From: Microthyrium microscopicum
Lineage: Eukaryota
Length of the DNA stretch: 64,000 nt
Reading direction: 5' to 3'
NCBI GenBank assembly: GCA_010405405.1
Contig: MU004233.1
Coordinates: forward strand, 65,067-129,066
The position numbers and the translations under genes are program-made. Below, in pieces: positions 1 through 13,880 of the stretch (within the stretch, counting starts at the first letter, position 1; every line of letters starts with the position of its first letter). The notes beneath the pieces are model-generated. The model was not told where the DNA came from and searched no databases. It worked only from the letters and a program-made list of their open reading frames with translations.

Positions 1-2694
1 AACTATACTATATATCTTTAATTATTAGTTCTTAGGCTATAATAGTCTTTTAGAAACCCTTTATAGAGAGATATATAATAAAGGATAATTTCTTCTTTCT
101 TAAAATTAATATCTTATTACTATAAATTTAGCTTATCTTAGTAATAGTAGAAATATACTAGTTATTTTTATTTAGGGTCTTAATAAACTTTAAGTTATAA
201 TTATCTACTCTTTTATTATAATAAACCTTATTGCTAATACTCTTTAAGAGTATACTAGCTACTTTAATAGAATAATCTTACTAGAGTACTTATATACTTT
301 TAATAGTTAGGTATTAGGCCTAATCCTTCTATTTAGCGTCTTTAAAAATAACTTAAAGATTACTATTTTATAGAAAGCGTATACTTATAATATCTATAAA
401 TATCTTTTTAAGTTCCTTAAGAACTTCTAGAAGAGTCTTTATATATTATCCTATTTTAAGTTATAGAATAATAGAACGACCTTTTAGTTTACTTACGTAT
501 AGTTTAATATAAAAGGTAATTACTACTTAAGAGTATAGCTTTAGAGCTAGTATAATAGAATAACGTTAAATTGCTACTTTAATCTTATTAAGCTAATTAA
601 AGATAGTTTTAAAGAAGGTAAGTTTAGGGGTAGAATATTTAGCTATTAGAGGCTCTTCCTCTTAATAGAGAATATAGTCCTTTAGCTTAATAAGCTTCTC
701 TATAGTATTATAGAGGACTTATTTTAAGATAATTATTTCTAATCCTTTTTATATACCTTTTTATATTTTAGATAGGGATATTCTTACTACGTTAACTATA
801 TTAAGTAGTTCTAAAGGGCTACTATTAAGTAAGCTCTTATAGCTCTTAAAATTAGAGTCTTATTCTTTTATATTTTAGTCGTTTAGTTCTATTATACTTC
901 TAGCTATAATAATACTATAGCGCGTATGAACGTCTTACTAAAAATTCGTAAGTATAATCCTTAAGCCTTAGTAAAGGGGTTCTAATAGTTTATTTAAATT
1001 AAATTAATAAAGTAGTGCGAATTAAGCTATATAGAAGCTAAAGAAGGTCCTATAATAGCTATTTAAATAATTATACTATTTATATTATCTTAAATATATA
1101 AGTTATAAATAATATAATAGTAATTATAGTATACTAGTTATTTATACTATTTATTTTATATAAATTATTAAATATATTTAGATTATATTAAATATAAGTC
1201 TATTTTACTTATTATATTTATATATATAATAATTATTATCTTAGTTATTAAATAATTTTAAGTATTTATTTTATTTAAGTAATAATATTTATTATAAATA
1301 TATACTAGTTCTAGCTATTAATATTAGTTAAGTTATAAAGTATATTAGACTTATTTAAGAATTCTAATTATTTATCTTATTTAAAGAATATCTTTTATTA
1401 GCTTTATAAAAGTACTTTAATAGTTTATCTTATTTTATTAATTTAAATACTATAAGTAGTTTTAGTTCTAATTTCTATTTAATATATCTTAAATTAGTAA
1501 ATTTATTTTAATTATTCTAGATATTTTAAATAAATTAGATATTAAGTTAAGTACTTAGATATAGAACTACGTATTATAGTAATAAGTAGTTATAATATTA
1601 TTAAATAACTTAAATTAATAATAATTTTTTTATAATATAAGAAGTTTATACTTATTTTATTTCTCTTCTTTTTAATATATTTTTAAATAGAGTACTAAAC
1701 TTCTATAGTTTCTCTTAGCTTCTATAATTAAGAATTAACTACTTATTTTTATATTTATTAATTATTAAAAGAAGTACTAACTTATTAATAAAGAGAAATA
1801 TATAGCTTTACTTTAAGAAATATTTATATTTCTTATATTTTAACTTATTAATTTTATAGTATACTTATTAGTAAAGTAATTTTATATTACTAGTAAAACT
1901 AATATTCTTACTAGAGTATATAGTACTAAATTAACCTATATAATATTTTAAAAGTAAAGCTTAGTTCTAGTTAAAATTATTTTAAAAAACTTTAACTTTA
2001 AAGAATTTAGAAACCTAGTAAAGCTAAAAGAATACTAATATTTTAGTACTTATATATTAGAGGAAATAGTATATTCGTTTCTAGAAAGATAAGATTAGTA
2101 AAATAATAACTTTAATATTAAAGGAAATTACTTTTTATAATTAATAGTAGTTACTATTAAGAGTATATATTATAGAAGTAAGTAATAAGAAAATACTATA
2201 TAAAATATACTATAAAGAGAAGTATTCTATAAGAATCTTCTACTATTTTAGTATTATTACTAAATCTTTATATATAGCTAAAAAGTAGTAGTAAATTTAA
2301 TAATATTTCTTTCTAATACTACTAGAGACTTTTAAATCTATAAGCTAGACTTCTATAATAATTTTTAAGTTTATAGTTTTTTATATACGTTATAACTCTT
2401 TATAATTAATAATAAAAGATTTATAAAGTTTTTACTACTATTTATTATATAGTTATAAAGTATAAAATCTAAGAAACTATAGAAAATACTACTATTTAAG
2501 TATAATAATAAGATAAACTTTCTAAACTAGCTAAAAAGTATAAACTATAAATATTAAAAATAAATAGAGTTACTAGAACTAAAGTAAAATACTAAGATAT
2601 TATTATATTTCTATTTAGTTATTAATAATATTATATAGAGTATAATAATTACTACTTATAGTTATATATAGTTCTAAGTACCTTCTTATAGTTT

Positions 2695-3496
2695 TATTAA
2701 TAAAAGTTAAGCTCTACTAGTAGTCTTAGTAGGTACCTACTAGGATGTTAGTTTGTTAGTCTATATCTAATATATTAAGTTAACTTATTACCTAAGAACT
2801 AGTAGGATGGGAGCTAAATTTTAGTAGGAGCTAATAGGGATCTTAGCTTAGTAAAGAACATTAAAACCTCTAAGTCTTTAATAACTAATAGCTAACTAAC
2901 CTTCCTATTACTAGCTATCTAGCCTAATACAAATACTATCCTTTCGCCTATAGGTAAAAGTAACGAGTTTTATAGGTATTTTAAAAGAACTAGCTAAATC
3001 TATTAAGGTTTTATAGAGTTAGTAAGGGTAGAAGATATAAAACGCTACTTAAACTTTAGGTTATTAAGCTATACTTTTTATATTTAGGCTATACTTAGTA
3101 ATAAGGCTTTAATAATCTATAACCTATATATATTAATACTCGTCTTAACGAGCTCTATCTAATAGTGCTAGTTCTATTACTATAGCTAGCCTAATTAGGA
3201 AGTTATTATAAAAGTTATTTTTAGCAAAATAATAATCGCTTTATCTTAATGGCTATTAGGGCTAAGGTAATATAAATTACATAATAATATAGCCCTAGTC
3301 TAGGGCTATAGAACGATATATAAAATACGCGCTAAACCTAACTAGAAAGTAAAATAATAATAGAAACGTTTTTAATCTAATAATAAAAAATATTTCTAGA
3401 CTTATAGAATCTGCTAGGACCTGCTAGGACCTATAAGATTCTTTAGGACTACTAGGATATTTTCTCTTCCTAAGCTAAGCTTAACTTTTACTAATA
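2695..3496. mobile_element. possible small non-autonomous TIR element (RIP-degraded)
   Basis: 19-bp inverted ends match 18/19 (TATTAATAAAAGTTAAGCT at 2695; AGCTTAACTTTTACTAATA ending 3496). Interior is more GC-rich than the flanks, with tandem CTGCTAGGAC repeats at 3411-3430. Confidence 0.45.
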
Positions 3497-3841
3497 TTAA
3501 GATTTATTAAGCTTAAATTTTTTTTACTTTTTTTTTATATATTTTCCTTTACTATTTAGTATACTAGGTTTTATAAGTAATCTATTTTCTAGTCTACTTT
3601 ATAGCTATAGAAAAAGACTTATAGCTATACTATAATATTTATTTCTCTAAAAAGAAAAACTACTTAAATAGTTATAAAAGTTAAAATAAGCTAAGTATTT
3701 CTAGATTTTAATATAATTTAATATATAAAACTTATTTCTTTAAGCTTAGAAACTTAATATAATAAGCTTCTACGTTACTAGATCTAAATTATAGAATATT
3801 ACTAATAATTTCTACTAAATCTTTTTAAAGCTTTAGCTTTA

Positions 3842-6800
3842 GATCGTTATTAATTTCCTACTAATAACTATCTTATTTTCCTACCCTTTTTAATTAATTT
3901 CCTACTCCTTTCTAAAGATTAGGCGCTTTACCTAAATAGGATAAAATTAATTACCTATTTAGAGTAGTAGTAATTAGGGAATAGTTATTTAAGTCTACAA
4001 AGTTAATCTTACTACTAAATCTTACTACTAGATCTCTCTATAGGTTATATTTTAAAGTAGTAATTTAATAATAATTTAATAATTACTAGACTAAATTTAA
4101 TACTTTTAAAGCCTAAATATTACTAAATTATACTACTACTACCTCTTCCTTATCCGCGCCCTCTACTAGATCCTCTTAGTCGTCCCTTACCTCTTCCTCT
4201 ACTTCTCTCTAGTCCTAGCGGAGTTATAGTTATAGTATATAATTACTCTTTAAGAGCTTAAATTTAAAGGCGTAATTCCTAGTTCTCCTTCTATTTATAC
4301 GTTAATTTAGTACGCTATTTAAGTAATTATAAACGTACCTCTACTACGTAGCGTTTAGATAATAGTTCTTTAAAATTAGACAATTCTTCTAAATCTAATT
4401 ACTAAAGATTATCGTCTTAATAAAGCTATTCTAATATCTCTTACTCTATAAGATTAAGAAGCTTATTAAAGGTATTAATATCTTTAGCTTAAGATCTAGT
4501 AATAGGCTATTTAATAGCAGGTAGTTTAATAATAGGTAGCCTTATAGTATTTAAAGCGCTACTAATAGCATCTTCTTCCTAATATAAAGGATCTTAATAA
4601 GTTATATTTCGCTATAAAGCTAGTTAAGGACGTCTACTACTTTGAACGACGTTAGGAGGTAGGATTATTAGTATTCTCTCTACTCTTTAAGGTAGTAGAA
4701 AGAGTAGTAAATTAGTATTTAGCCTTAAGTTACTATTTACTATAGTAAGCTCTAGTAAAGCAAGTTGAATTAAAGGTTGCTCTCTACCTACGAGTATATA
4801 GAATCTTAATTAATCTAAGAACTAGTACTTATTAACGTAATTAACTAAAGATAACTACTATTTAGGATCTCTATAAAGGTAACGTTAAATGGTGTAATTA
4901 TAAGGAAGACTATAAATATCTTTAAAAGCTTTAGAATAGTAGCTTTAATAAATAGAAGTAAGATCTTCTTTATCTTTAAACTTACGATACTATTTAGTAA
5001 TATGCTCTAGAGTATAGTTTAATACTAGCTTAAACGCATCTATAGAAACGATAGGAAGAGCTTTTAGCTTTAGATTAAATCGCTCTTAAATTAATTTAAT
5101 ACTAAAAATACCCTTAAGCTTTAAAAGCTAATTATTAGATACTTTATAGAGTATCTTTACTACTATATCTAGGTCTCTACGATAAGTAACAAGCTAGTCT
5201 TTTATACTACTATAAAGACCCTCTAATAATAAAGTTATAATATATCTATAATATTAAAACTAATTAATATAGGCCTTTACGAAGTATTGCTTCTTAACGA
5301 GCTATATTATTTAAAGATAGAAGATAAGATCTAGCTAAGATATACTAAAAATACGCTAAAAATTAGCCTATTCTCGCTCGTATTTATCTACTATGCTAGC
5401 TTTAATAATCTAATACTATAATATTAGCTATAGAATAGGTAGAAAGAGTAGAATTACCTTTTTCTAGAGAGATATAACTTATTTACGGTCTTAAATGATT
5501 CTATAATATTCTAAGGACTCTAAGTCAAGATATTAAAATTTAAAGCACTTATTAATATAGGATTTAATAGCCTTATTAATATACTACTAGCAAAGAAGCT
5601 AAGGTACTTATTTAAAGTCTATATCCTTCTTTAGAGCGTTTTTTAGTGCTTAGTAATCATTAGTAAGTATAACATCTAGTAGATTTATTAACGGGCGTAG
5701 TAGCTCTAGTAAATTATCGTTATTACTAGCTTCTTCGTTGCTATTAAGCTAAGCTTTATTATTAGGCTAAGAATAAATTAAATAAGAGCGTATAAATATC
5801 TAGAGGGCCTATATATAATCTTCTTCTAATTTGCTAGACATCTAGATAAAAGTAACTAAGTAGAAGTAGTTTATTAGCGTAATAGATCTAATATAAAGCA
5901 ATAGTATATTATAGCAGTTTGTGTAGTATATATAATCTATAAGAAGCACTTTAGGATATTCTTAATATAAAGTAACCTAATCTCGTAATACTACTAAAAT
6001 TAACTTTAGCTTGCCTTCTTATTTCTAAATAGCAGCAAGATAGGATTTATCTTCTTTAAGATAATTAATAAGGGCTTTAATTAGTGTACGCCTATTAATC
6101 TAATTCTTACGTGTCCTTACTCGTTAATTATAAACGTTTTATAGAGTAAAAGTAGTTCCTAGATACGCTATTTAAAGCTCTAAGATAATAATACTAAGCT
6201 TCACGCTAGTAGCTAACATTCTAGTAATAGTAGCTAATATATTATAATTTTAGAGGTCTATTCTTTAATAATCTTCGTACGTAGCTAGTTCTAGTAAAGA
6301 AATATAATTATATAGTTTAAGATGAACGTTAAGTATCTAAAATAGCATCTTTTTAGTCTTTTTAATCATTATAGTAAATTTATAGCTATAAGCCTTTAAA
6401 GTAGTATTTTTACGTTATCTAGTACTCTTTAAATTATAAACGCGTACGCAATTATAATAAAATTTAAAATGTATCTTATATTCTTAAAGGACGTAATTAG
6501 GCTTTAATTATAGCTTCGCTATATAATAACTATATTCTTTTACATGTTTTTACATATAGTTAATAGCTTCTTAAGTAGAGATAAAGGTAATAGCATTTTT
6601 AAGTTAAGAGATTTCTATTTTATAAAGTTATAGTAGTTTAAAGTTTAGTTAAAATATATAAAGATTTAGTATAATTATAGTAAGAGAGATATTAATTAGG
6701 ACGCACTATAACGCATTAAAAAGATAGAAACCAAAATAACTATTTCCTAATTACTACTATCCTAAATAGGTAATTAATTTTATCCTATTTAGGTAAAGCG

Positions 6801-6884
6801 CCTAATCTTTATAGAAAGGGGTAGGAAATGAATTAAAAAGGGTAGGAAAATAAGATAATTATTAGTAGGAAATTAATAACGATC
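3842..6884 (-). mobile_element. RIP-inactivated Mutator-like (MULE) DNA transposon
   Basis: ~150-bp inverted termini (3842-~3990 GATCGTTATTAATTTCCTAC...; ~6735-6884 ...GTAGGAAATTAATAACGATC). Identical 9-bp flanks TTAGCTTTA at 3833-3841 and 6885-6893. Minus-strand relics revert by RIP-type changes to MULE motifs D(C)(T)YxTNxYN(M)(P)LL(H)I (~5890-5940) and (Q)LLCx(W)(H)INK (~5570-5607). Confidence 0.9.
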
Positions 6885-9800
6885 TTAGCTTTATACTAAG
6901 ATTAAAAATTAGAATCTTTTTTAGTCTTTATTTAATACTTATTATATAATAAGATTAGATATATATAGTACTATAAGTAATTCTCTACTAGTAACTTATT
7001 TAAACTCTAACTATCTAGCTTTTTTTATTTTAAAAGTATAAAAACTATAAACTCTTTAAATTTTATAACTTTAAAGAATTTAAATTTTTACTTATAATTA
7101 AATAAATCTTCTCTATTCTTAATAAGAAAGTCTAGTTATAGAAATAGCTCTAATAAAGTACTTAGCTAAATACTTCTAATTAAATATAAAAACTATAATT
7201 TCTACTACTATACTTTTAATCTCTTTATAATTTATATAGTTTTAATTAGAAATAGAAAAAGTATTTAGATTTATTTAATAGTATCTTAAAAGCTTTCTAA
7301 AAGTATTAATAGTTTATTATATATATTAAAATTAATAATATATTTATTTATAAAACTAGTTTAATAATATTTTATCTAAATCTCTTTCTAGAATAAGGTA
7401 GTTAAAGTTTTATACTAATTAAAATAAATATATATAGTACTTATATTTTACTATAAACTAGAAAGATTAATATTATTTATAAAGTAACTATCTTTTTAAG
7501 TACTATAATTAAGTAGAAATAACTTTTTACTAAGTCTAATAAATATTCTTCTTTTTAAAAAGCTAGATTTAAACTATAACTCTTCTAGAATATTTAAAGT
7601 ACTAAGTATATATAAGTTTTATTTATAAATATTTAATTTTAAAGGTTTTACTAGTATATAACTAGCTAGTACGTTATCTCTATTTATTAATACTAATATA
7701 AAATTAGTAGTCTTTTTAAAATAGTAGTTAGTTATATTCTATATATAAAGATTAGTAGTAATATATAATTAAAGAAGCTAGAAAGTCTTAAAGTTTTACT
7801 TAATTCTACGTATAACTCTACTAGAAATATAATATAAAGTTATTTATTAGTAAGCTAGATTATAGTTATAGTATTTAATTATTTACTTTATAAATTTATT
7901 TACTACTTTTATAAGAAACTAAAGCTATAAAAAGAGTAAAGTTATTATACTTTCTAAATACTTTAAAAAAGTTAATTAAAAAGTATTATAAGTAATAATA
8001 ATTGTCTTTTTTAAATAAAGAAAAAGAAATAAATATCTTTATATTTACTAAATATAAAGTAAGTATAATATTATATAAATTATTTTATATATTTTTTTTA
8101 GCTATTAATATACTAATATATTACTTAATTACTAGCTAGAACTAGTATATTATAAATAAAGTACTTTATTTCTAGTAACTAGTAGCTCTTTACCTAGTAA
8201 ATATATATTTATTTTAAAATAATAAATAATTTCTAAATATAGAAAAACTATAAAATTCTAAAGAATATAAACTTTACTATTATTATTTAAAGTAATACGT
8301 ACTAATTATATAGCTTAAGTAAAATAAGTATAATTTAGCTTACTAAATAATTTTATTAAATAAAAATAGAAATATATATAATTATAAAATTAACTAAAGT
8401 CTTTTAATTATAATATAATATTTACTTAATAATATTTTTAGTTTCTTTATTTTTTAAATAAACTACTATATAACTTATTATAACTTATTTAATTATTAAT
8501 ATAAAGCTTTTTATAATATTTATTACTTTAGTAGTATTAAGCTCTAATATCTTTATATTACTTACTATAAATATTATAAAAGTAGTTTATTAATCTTTAG
8601 TAATTTATACTAAATTAGTAGAAACTAAAAGTCTTATTTTTAAAGAGAAATATATTAACTCTACTTCTTAAAATATTAAAATAATATATTTAACTTATTA
8701 TATAAAGGAATTATTTAATTAACTAAGTAATAAGTAATATAAAAAAATAGTAAAAAAAGTACTTAAGTTATATCTTAGTATAAAAGAAATATTCTTTTAT
8801 TAGAAAATATTAGTATTTCTAGTAAAAGAAATAGTTAAAATAATAAAGTCTACTAGTAATATAATTAGAAGCCTATACTAGATTATTTCTCTAAATATAC
8901 TACTAGTTATAGTATATAAGCTATTATATATAGTATATTTATTTATTTAATATATAACTACTAGTAATTTAGTATTTAATTTAGTATTAAAATTATTATA
9001 AACTATAGTAAGTCTTTATAATCTTTATAGTACGCTTTTATTTTAGTTTTTTAAAGTTATTTATAGTACTAGCTATATATAGCCTATTATTAAAATTTCT
9101 ATTAATTTTAGTAAGTAAATTTTTATAAAAAAATACTATAATTATAAAGTCTTTATATATAATTTATAGCTTTTTAATATAAATAGTAATCTAAGTACTT
9201 TAAAATACTAGCTTATAATATATTATTTATTTTAAGATTATAACTATTTATTACTCTTTAAAATTATATAGTAAAACTAAAGTTTAATAGAATTAATAAG
9301 TATTTTAAAGCCTAATACTATTATATTCTTTATTAATTTAATATACTTAAAATATAAAATTTTTAAATATAATAATAATTAAAGTTTCTAATTAGAAGGA
9401 CTATACTAGTAATAAAAACTAGTAATTAAAAAACTAAAGTATAAGTATAACTATACTTAAGTTATATAGTCTTACTTATATATTATAAAAAATATTTTAA
9501 TTTAAAAAAAATAAATAAAATAAATAATATAATTAATAGTTTCTACTTTTATTAGTTATAATATCTAATAAGTAGTATAGTTTATTATTAATTTTATTAC
9601 TTACTCTTAATATTACTAAGCCTTTATAATATTTAATAAAAGCTATATTATAGATATTTAATAAAATTTAATTAGGTTTAGTAATAGCTAGTATAATATA
9701 TAAAATAATACTATTTATTTTATTATTTAGTTATCTTTTAAGCTTTATTAATATAAGTATAATATAAAAAATCTTTTTATATAATATATAGTAGTATATA

Positions 9801-10031
9801 TAGTAGATTTTTACACTTAGCTAATTATAAGATATTATACTTTAGTCTTCTTAATTCTAGAAGAACGCTATAAATATTAATAAATTTAAACGCTACTAAA
9901 GGCTCCTATAGATATTAACCCTCTAGTCGTTTGTACCTTTTACGTACTATTAATTTTCATACAAGTACGACCCATGTTTACCTTCAAGTCGAGAACTTAG
10001 TACAAATCCTTATCATTTTAGAAAAGGAAAA

Positions 10032-11311
10032 ATGTCTCCCAGACTCTTGTCCACTTCACTTGTTCTAGCCCTCGCTAGCTTGTCCGCCACCATGCCTACT
10101 CCTTCCTCAACTCCAGTGCCACGACCCTGTGTCAACTCTCGAGTAACCGTAGCAGTTAACAGGATCAATCAGCAATACAATGCTTCTCCAGTAAACGGCA
10201 CATATGACCCCGTCAAATTGGTTACCAGTCTCGAGACTTAAAGCTCTCCCAATACAACACAAAGAGTTAGAGGGAATATCAATGTGCAGCCGAGTTTTTT
10301 ATTAGTGCACGACTTCCCGTTCCAAAGAATGGAACAAAAAAAGATATATTGCAGATTGCAACACATGGCGGTAGATTTAGTAAAACGTAACTTCTCGCGA
10401 ACCTGGTTTTCAAAGCCAAATGTAATTGATCGCCTTCTGCTTCAGGTACTAGGACCCGGAACTACAACCTCAGAAATATTCCTGTATCGACGCGGCTCTA
10501 GATTCTGGATATTTAATCATAATATACGATCGCTAGGGAACCGATCGATCAGAGAAGCCAGATGCTTACGAGATTGTTCAAGGGCCGACACAGATCGAGA
10601 TACTCAATCAACTTATAGCTCTCGCTCGCTCCGGGAGGCTTGGTTTGTCAGTCAAACAGCAGCAATGTACGTTAACAAACTTCAATAAGACTGTGGCCCT
10701 TAGACATTTAATTGGCTCCATTGTCACCTCGGGGCTACTCACGAGACATCCAAGTGCTGCTAATGGCGCCGTATTAACCGGCTTCCTTCTAAGCACTAAA
10801 ACTCTAAACACGCAACCTCCCGGACTTATTCTTGCACGCTCCGACAGCAATCAGCGGTTCCAGAACCTACCAAATGGCTATCTGGTTCAGGCTACCCAAG
10901 GCGATATCCATCATGATTTCTTCTTGTCTGGGAACCTTGAGCTTAACGTTCTGGACTATACTTTTCCTGTCAAGGATTCAAGCACAGTCGGCGAAAGAGT
11001 GGGCCTTCCAGTCATTACGGGTGTCCCAGCTCCCAACGATACAAACACGCTGTTGGTAAGTAATTCTGCCCAATCTAATGGTGGTTCTCTTTTGCTAACT
11101 TCTTAGATGTCCAATGGGGATCACGATTTCCCCGTCTGTGGAGGATGTTGTCCAGGTACATACACTGTTAATTTACAGAAAGCTCTTTCCAAACGCAAAA
11201 AACTTGTAGATCAACCTTCAGCCAAACACTGGCCATAGCTTGACACTCCATACCAATGCCACGGCACATTATAAGGTAATCATGGAATATTTGAGGGATA
11301 ACGGTTTGTGA
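10032..11311 (+). pseudogene. secreted alpha/beta-hydrolase pseudogene damaged by RIP leakage
   Basis: Signal peptide and motifs QIATHGG, Y*D, YDR*GTDRSEKPDAYEIVQ, ALRHLIGS (from GHSxGS), GAVLTGF, GDHDFPVCGG, NTGHSLTLH. In-frame stops at 10239, 10450, 10534 and 11207, plus an apparent frameshift near 11180. Confidence 0.85.
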
Positions 11312-11488
11312 ACTTAACCTGGAGACATACGGATGATGCAACAAAGAGAAGACGGCAGTAATATCGGTCTATAATTCATCATTATGGTTGGAACTATTTT
11401 GCTAGCTAATTGATTACATCCTCCTCTTATGGCTATTATCACAGGTCGGTGATAACATTGCATTGTAATGATCAACATAACAGGTTGT

Positions 11489-11956
11489 TCACTGTCCTTT
11501 GGCTTTGTATGATGGAATATGGTTGCTGATTCGTTTCCTTTCGAGGAGATATGCAAACCACGGAAGAAAAAAGAGACTAGAAAACAGTGGTATTTGAGGT
11601 GCAATCATCCTTCCATCGTCGAGTTCTGGATCAGTCCAACCGGAACCAGGGTAGAAAATTGCACTTATTCCAGTGAGATAGTATACTGATCCTGTCAAGG
11701 CTGCGAGAAATGTCGAGTCTAGGATCTCTTTCGGTGACGACTTTGTATTAACTCTCCAAGTCAGGTAAAATGTAAGGACTCCTAGACATAAACCCATGGA
11801 CATGGTTTGACCGTTATGAAAGCGAGCATGTGGTGGCCAGTTGGGGTTTTTGACGTGCGTCTCATTCCAGTCTGCGAGAAAACCTCCGAAAGAAGTTGCG
11901 ATGGCGACGAGTGAAAGCACCAGGCGACCAGTGGATATGAGTAATTTCGAGGACAT
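11489..11956 (-). CDS. DUF6640-like small membrane protein
   Basis: Intronless ORF with the motif ADWNETHVKNPNWPPHARFHNGQTMSMG and about four hydrophobic segments. ATG at 11956. Confidence 0.75.
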   Translation of the reverse strand: MSSKLLISTGRLVLSLVAIATSFGGFLADWNETHVKNPNWPPHARFHNGQTMSMGLCLGVLTFYLTWRVNTKSSPKEILDSTFLAALTGSVYYLTGISAIFYPGSGWTDPELDDGRMIAPQIPLFSSLFFLPWFAYLLERKRISNHIPSYKAKGQ

Positions 11957-12428
11957 GATGTTGCTATCTTTTGTGTCCTTAAGTCTTTCCACTTCTGATA
12001 GACATATAAATACCGAGCCCTCATTACTTTCTGCTTTCTAATATGAACTGTTTCTGCTAACAGTGAGCGGGAATAGTGAATGGGCTTACGAGGCCAGGCT
12101 GACAAGGCTTATTAAAGGGGCGGCATCCGTAACCATCCGTCGATACAAAACTCGGAGCAACTTTTAAGTCCGAATACTTTGAGCTTCATGGAACAATTCA
12201 ATGAAATGCCTTTCAAAACATACGTAGAGTACGGCAACCATAGCAGGATATATCAGGAAACGAACTAAATTAGCAGGCTGGCTGCTGGCATGCAGAAACA
12301 ATTCAATGAGCATGGTTCCAGAACATCATCTGTAGATCTAAGAGGAGGCTCAAGAACCTAGAAAAGTCTGAGATTGCATTTTTTCCAATTCAAATGAGTA
12401 GCTATCGTTAACTTTCGACCCAATCCCT

Positions 12429-13880
12429 CTATTTTGTATCGCGAAGTCTAGCAAATTGAACATTGAGAACGCCCATTTCTTCGGCGGTGTTTCCATCAAG
12501 ATGGGATCGTCTAGAAGCCTGTTAATGTATTTGTGATGATACTTTCACAGTAAACTTACGCTGGATGCTTGTTGAGATCATATCCGGCATCAATGACCAG
12601 CTTGTCGCCTTTCTTCACTGGAATAGGGTCTTTGCAGGTGGTCATTTCCTTGATTGTGTCCCATTTGGCGTCTCCGGCCTTGCCAAAATACTCTGGTTGG
12701 GAGGTGCAAATTTCTTTACCATTGACGATAACCTTCAAATAATCACCGCCATCGTGCAAGTGTCCACCTAATACAGAAGTCAATGAACAGCAAGCATTTG
12801 CAATAATATTGAGTGCCTTACGAGAGCCAAATAGAACTCCATCCATTTGAATGGTCATTTCTTTGCTGACGGCACCGAACTTCATCTGACCTGCAGCTGG
12901 CTTTAATCCAATCGATGTACCGTCGCATTGTGTTACACTGATGGCTTCTGCTGAGACTTCGTATTGGGTCTTGCCTTCAACGTATTCCATATCGAGAGTG
13001 GTGTAAACATCTCTGGTCGTATTTGCATAGTTCACGATCTCGGCAAAGAGGGCAACTCGATCGCCTTTACCGAGATAATATCCACCACTGAACTTTGGAT
13101 CATCGGTAGTGAACTTGTATTGACCACCCTCTTCTCCAGCAGAAGCGAGGATAGCGACAGGTACAGAGCCCGCCGCCGATTTACCAGGGCATGCTACAAA
13201 TGCGTTGGGGGCTTTTTGTGCGTCGGCGACCACGGTGTGACTGGAACATTTGTTAATAACTGTCGTCTAGGACCAGAAGATTTTTTCGCAGCTTACTGAT
13301 TGTAAACACCATCCTTCACACCCAACGGCTTGCCATTGATATCTGCAACGTTTATTTTTGAAGCAAGGACTGATATGTCGGTGGGAAAGTTGGCAGCTTG
13401 GCTATACCAGGTATTACCTTGAGGATCGAGGCCAATCTTGTTGGGGATCTTAAGTTTGTACTGCTTCAAGTCAGCATCTATTCATCAGTCTGTGTCTGAA
13501 TTGATTCTTACGGCTGCGCTTTCCAACAACATTGGCCCATAATAGAGTCGGACACGCTTCGCTCCAGGAACTGAGCTTTGCGGCTTCAGAGTTTCCGTCT
13601 TGTTTACGGGTATCTTTGGCATCAAGATAGCTCCATAGTACAAGGCATTTGAGATCATGTTGGAGATGGTAGGATTTGTGATATCAAAGCCGCCCATGCC
13701 CATTCCTCCTCCACTTTTGGCCTCTGCACCACCGCCGTGGTTGTGTCCTCCCATTTCCTGCCGAGAATCTGTCAGAAGTCAACTCTGACCTCAGGCTGAA
13801 ATGATGTACATACTCAATCTGAAAACCGGTCCAGCCTGAGCTCTTGCAGCCAGTGCGAACAATGCAATAGTCGCAATCAT
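12429..13880 (-). CDS. secreted protein with copper type II (PHM/DBH-like) monooxygenase-type ligand motifs
   Basis: Multi-exon model with signal peptide MIATIALFALAARAQA. Contains GVYNHH (split by an intron), GHLHDGG and C-terminal AEEMG. Stop TAG at 12429-12431. Confidence 0.7.

Larger units (their letters stand above)
1..9950. repeat. AT-rich block of RIP-degraded nested transposons
   Basis: Extremely AT-rich, TpA abundant, CpA/TpG nearly absent. No ORF of 60 aa or more in the ORF track before 10032. Sharp transition to normal GC near 9.95 kb. Confidence 0.95.

Noticed and set aside
1..9950. Centromere or subtelomere
   Set aside because: No TTAGGG arrays, and the block's extent beyond the window is unknown. 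AT-richness alone is explained by RIP.
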